A DNA stretch of 63,210 nucleotides, the filler included, from an uncultured Methanospirillum sp. (lineage in GTDB: Archaea; Halobacteriota; Methanomicrobia; Methanomicrobiales; Methanospirillaceae), in the NCBI GenBank assembly GCA_964637135.1. It is 3 parts of 3 records of this genome, joined end to end, with 100 filler letters (N's around TTAATTAATTAA, not from the genome) between each part and the next. Parts side by side here need not be neighbours in the genome. Positions count along the whole stretch, not along the records: positions 53,356 to 63,210 come from CAZWTX010000050.1; 2 more parts are not named here. One strand, given 5' to 3'. The notes beneath the pieces are model-generated. The model ran no database searches, had not been told where the DNA came from, and saw only the letters and a list, made by a program, of their open reading frames with translations. The first letter of the stretch is position 1. The number at the start of each line of letters is the position of its first letter. Positions 61,559-63,210 of this stretch are shown piece by piece. Position numbers and translations under genes: made by a program.

Positions 61559-61795
61559 TCAGGCTACCGGTGCGATGGAAAGAATGTTGTTCCCCCTGAT
61601 AACGAGCGTTCCAAGCTGGCGTTCTTCCGGTGTTCCGGAAAACTCGAGGCTCTCTTCAAGGTGCAGGTTCAGGTATTCATCGACCGCCACAAGACGGCCC
61701 TCAAATGTCCTCCCTTCATCCTTCATCTCAACCGCAATCCGGCTGTCGACGAGTGAGTAAACTTTCTTTATCGGAAGGACTATACTGCTAACCAT
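61559..61795 (-). CDS. Sm/Lsm RNA-binding protein
   Basis: GRLVAVDEYLNLHL (Sm1) and LVIRGNNILSI (Sm2). Confidence 0.92.
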   Translation of the reverse strand: MVSSIVLPIKKVYSLVDSRIAVEMKDEGRTFEGRLVAVDEYLNLHLEESLEFSGTPEERQLGTLVIRGNNILSIAPVA

Positions 61796-61846
61796 CTGCC
61801 TTATATCACGCAGGCAGATCAGATAAAGATTATTATCCGGTAAAAA

Positions 61847-62749
61847 TCAGGTTGTCCGATAGATCTCTTCGATCTTCCTGACCAGACCACTGCTACCGAT
61901 GTATATCGGGGTTCGCTGGTGAACTTCTTCAGGCTGGACTTCGAGGAGGTTTCTCGTTCCATCTGAGACAAGCCCCCCAGACTGGGCTACGATATAGCCG
62001 ACCGGGTTTGCCTCGAAGAGGAGCCTGAGCTTGCCTTTCGGGCTTTTTGTTGAGCCGGGATAGGCATATATGCCCCCGTACGTGAGGAGCTGGTGACAAT
62101 CGGCCACGAATGACCCGGAATACCGGATCTTGAACCCCTGTTCATCAAAGAATGCAATAACCTTTTCATGGGGGGAAAGCCACTCTTTCCTGGTCCCCCC
62201 GGTTCCGTACTGGGTGCCCTCCAGCATGACGATCTTATCCTTGAGCATGAGGTAATGTTGCGTTTCTTCGTCCCAGGCAAAACTCTGGACACCTTTCCCA
62301 ACACTGACGACAAGCACTGTCAGGGGGCCGTACAGGGTGTAAAAGGCCGCTTTCAGGTTTGAACCCTTCTGAAGCACGCCACCCCCATCGAAGATCCCGA
62401 CGATGGTGCCGACCGCAAGATTGGTAGAGATCAGGGATGAACCATCGAGGGGGTCCATCACCAGGCAGAAATCACGCTTGGTATTCTCAAATCTGATGAT
62501 ACCCTTCTGTTCCTCAGAGGCAAGTTCACTCACGAGTCCTGAATTGCCAATCACCCTGATAAGATGGTTATCAGCCCAGGTATCCATCTGGGCCTGCAAC
62601 TCTCCGGAAGCATTTTTCGTCGTTTCATAGGTCTGATTCTGAAGAAACGCCTTTCTGATGACCTCCATCTCCCGTGCGATCAGGCGGATCAGACGAATCA
62701 GATCCGGGTCAGCGCCGCATGCTTCAAGATATTTACGAAGGTATACCAT
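61847..62749 (-). CDS. fbp: fructose-1,6-bisphosphatase class I
   Basis: ASEE, MDPLDGSS, RYSGSFVAD, GKLRLLFEANP. Start ATG 62749. Confidence 0.93.
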   Translation of the reverse strand: MVYLRKYLEACGADPDLIRLIRLIAREMEVIRKAFLQNQTYETTKNASGELQAQMDTWADNHLIRVIGNSGLVSELASEEQKGIIRFENTKRDFCLVMDPLDGSSLISTNLAVGTIVGIFDGGGVLQKGSNLKAAFYTLYGPLTVLVVSVGKGVQSFAWDEETQHYLMLKDKIVMLEGTQYGTGGTRKEWLSPHEKVIAFFDEQGFKIRYSGSFVADCHQLLTYGGIYAYPGSTKSPKGKLRLLFEANPVGYIVAQSGGLVSDGTRNLLEVQPEEVHQRTPIYIGSSGLVRKIEEIYRTT

Positions 62750-63088
62750 CCGTACAGATCTCCTCACAAAGGTGTACCGTAAATCTATTTACCGGCTTTG
62801 GAAGGGAAGAAAACGCAATAACCCGTATGATTCGGATCAGCATGCTTTATCCGCCACCAGTCCCACCCTCTACCTGATCGCATGTGACGACACCTCCCCA
62901 TCCAGGATCTGAAAGAACAAGGAGAAAGACAGCAGGGAGGACTATCCCTGCCGGAATTGCGGATTCTTGCCCGGAATACCCCGTTTCCCATATTGCCCTG
63001 AACGCCCCTCCATTCCATGACACCGGCAGGAACAACAACCGAGTCAGATGGGCGGATGCAAACGGGGCATACCAGGAGAGTGGCCGGC

Positions 63089-63210
63089 ATGCCTCCTGAA
63101 TCTACCGAGAACGAAGACGAAACCGGACAGTTTCAGGTTCACAGTTCTTCCAGAGACCGGCCGTTCACCTCCGAACAGGGAGAATATATCCGGGCACTCA
63201 TGGAATCCAT
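63089..63210 (+). CDS. 5' end of a possible CDS running off the window
   Basis: AGGAGAG upstream; ATG 63089 is open to the end (MPPESTENEDETGQFQVHSSSRDRPFTSEQGEYIRALMES). Confidence 0.3.
   Translation, partial: MPPESTENEDETGQFQVHSSSRDRPFTSEQGEYIRALMES

Noticed and set aside
1..63210. CRISPR array, rRNA, IS/transposase, selenocysteine or pyrrolysine readthrough
   Set aside because: By eye there are no spaced direct repeats, rRNA-like tracts, transposase ORFs or in-frame stops interrupting conserved domains.

Overview
Window from a Methanomicrobiales methanogen, Methanospirillum-like judging by gene content and the S-layer family. It is a draft pseudomolecule: two N-gaps carry a TTAATTAATTAA contig linker (27912-28011, 53256-53355) and one is a plain 100-N gap (51292-51391), so adjacency across the linkers is unproven. 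Segment 1 holds an intron-containing tRNA-Met, cutA, a biotin/pyruvate carboxylase cluster (pycAB, BioY ECF transporter, birA), rtcB-archease, secFD-trx-npdG-aldolase, and a type IV pilus locus (KaiC-like protein, PilB, two PilC, CHASE4 kinase, REC-PAS-PATAN-like regulator, a pilin ending in CxxCH, PKD adhesin). Segment 2 holds an S-layer protein, a full A1AO ATP synthase operon with a triplicated c subunit divergent from echABCDEF, an orphan methyltransferase, and a probable secreted-TPR/diadenylate cyclase. Segment 3 holds glmM, tRNA-Asp, xerA with a dif-like 11-6-11 site just upstream, tRNA-Gln, glgP, a TFE-beta-like gene, Lsm and fbp. The most interesting candidates are the signal-controlled pilus locus, the xerA/dif module and the TPR-DAC. 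All family assignments come from motif recognition by eye, not database searches.
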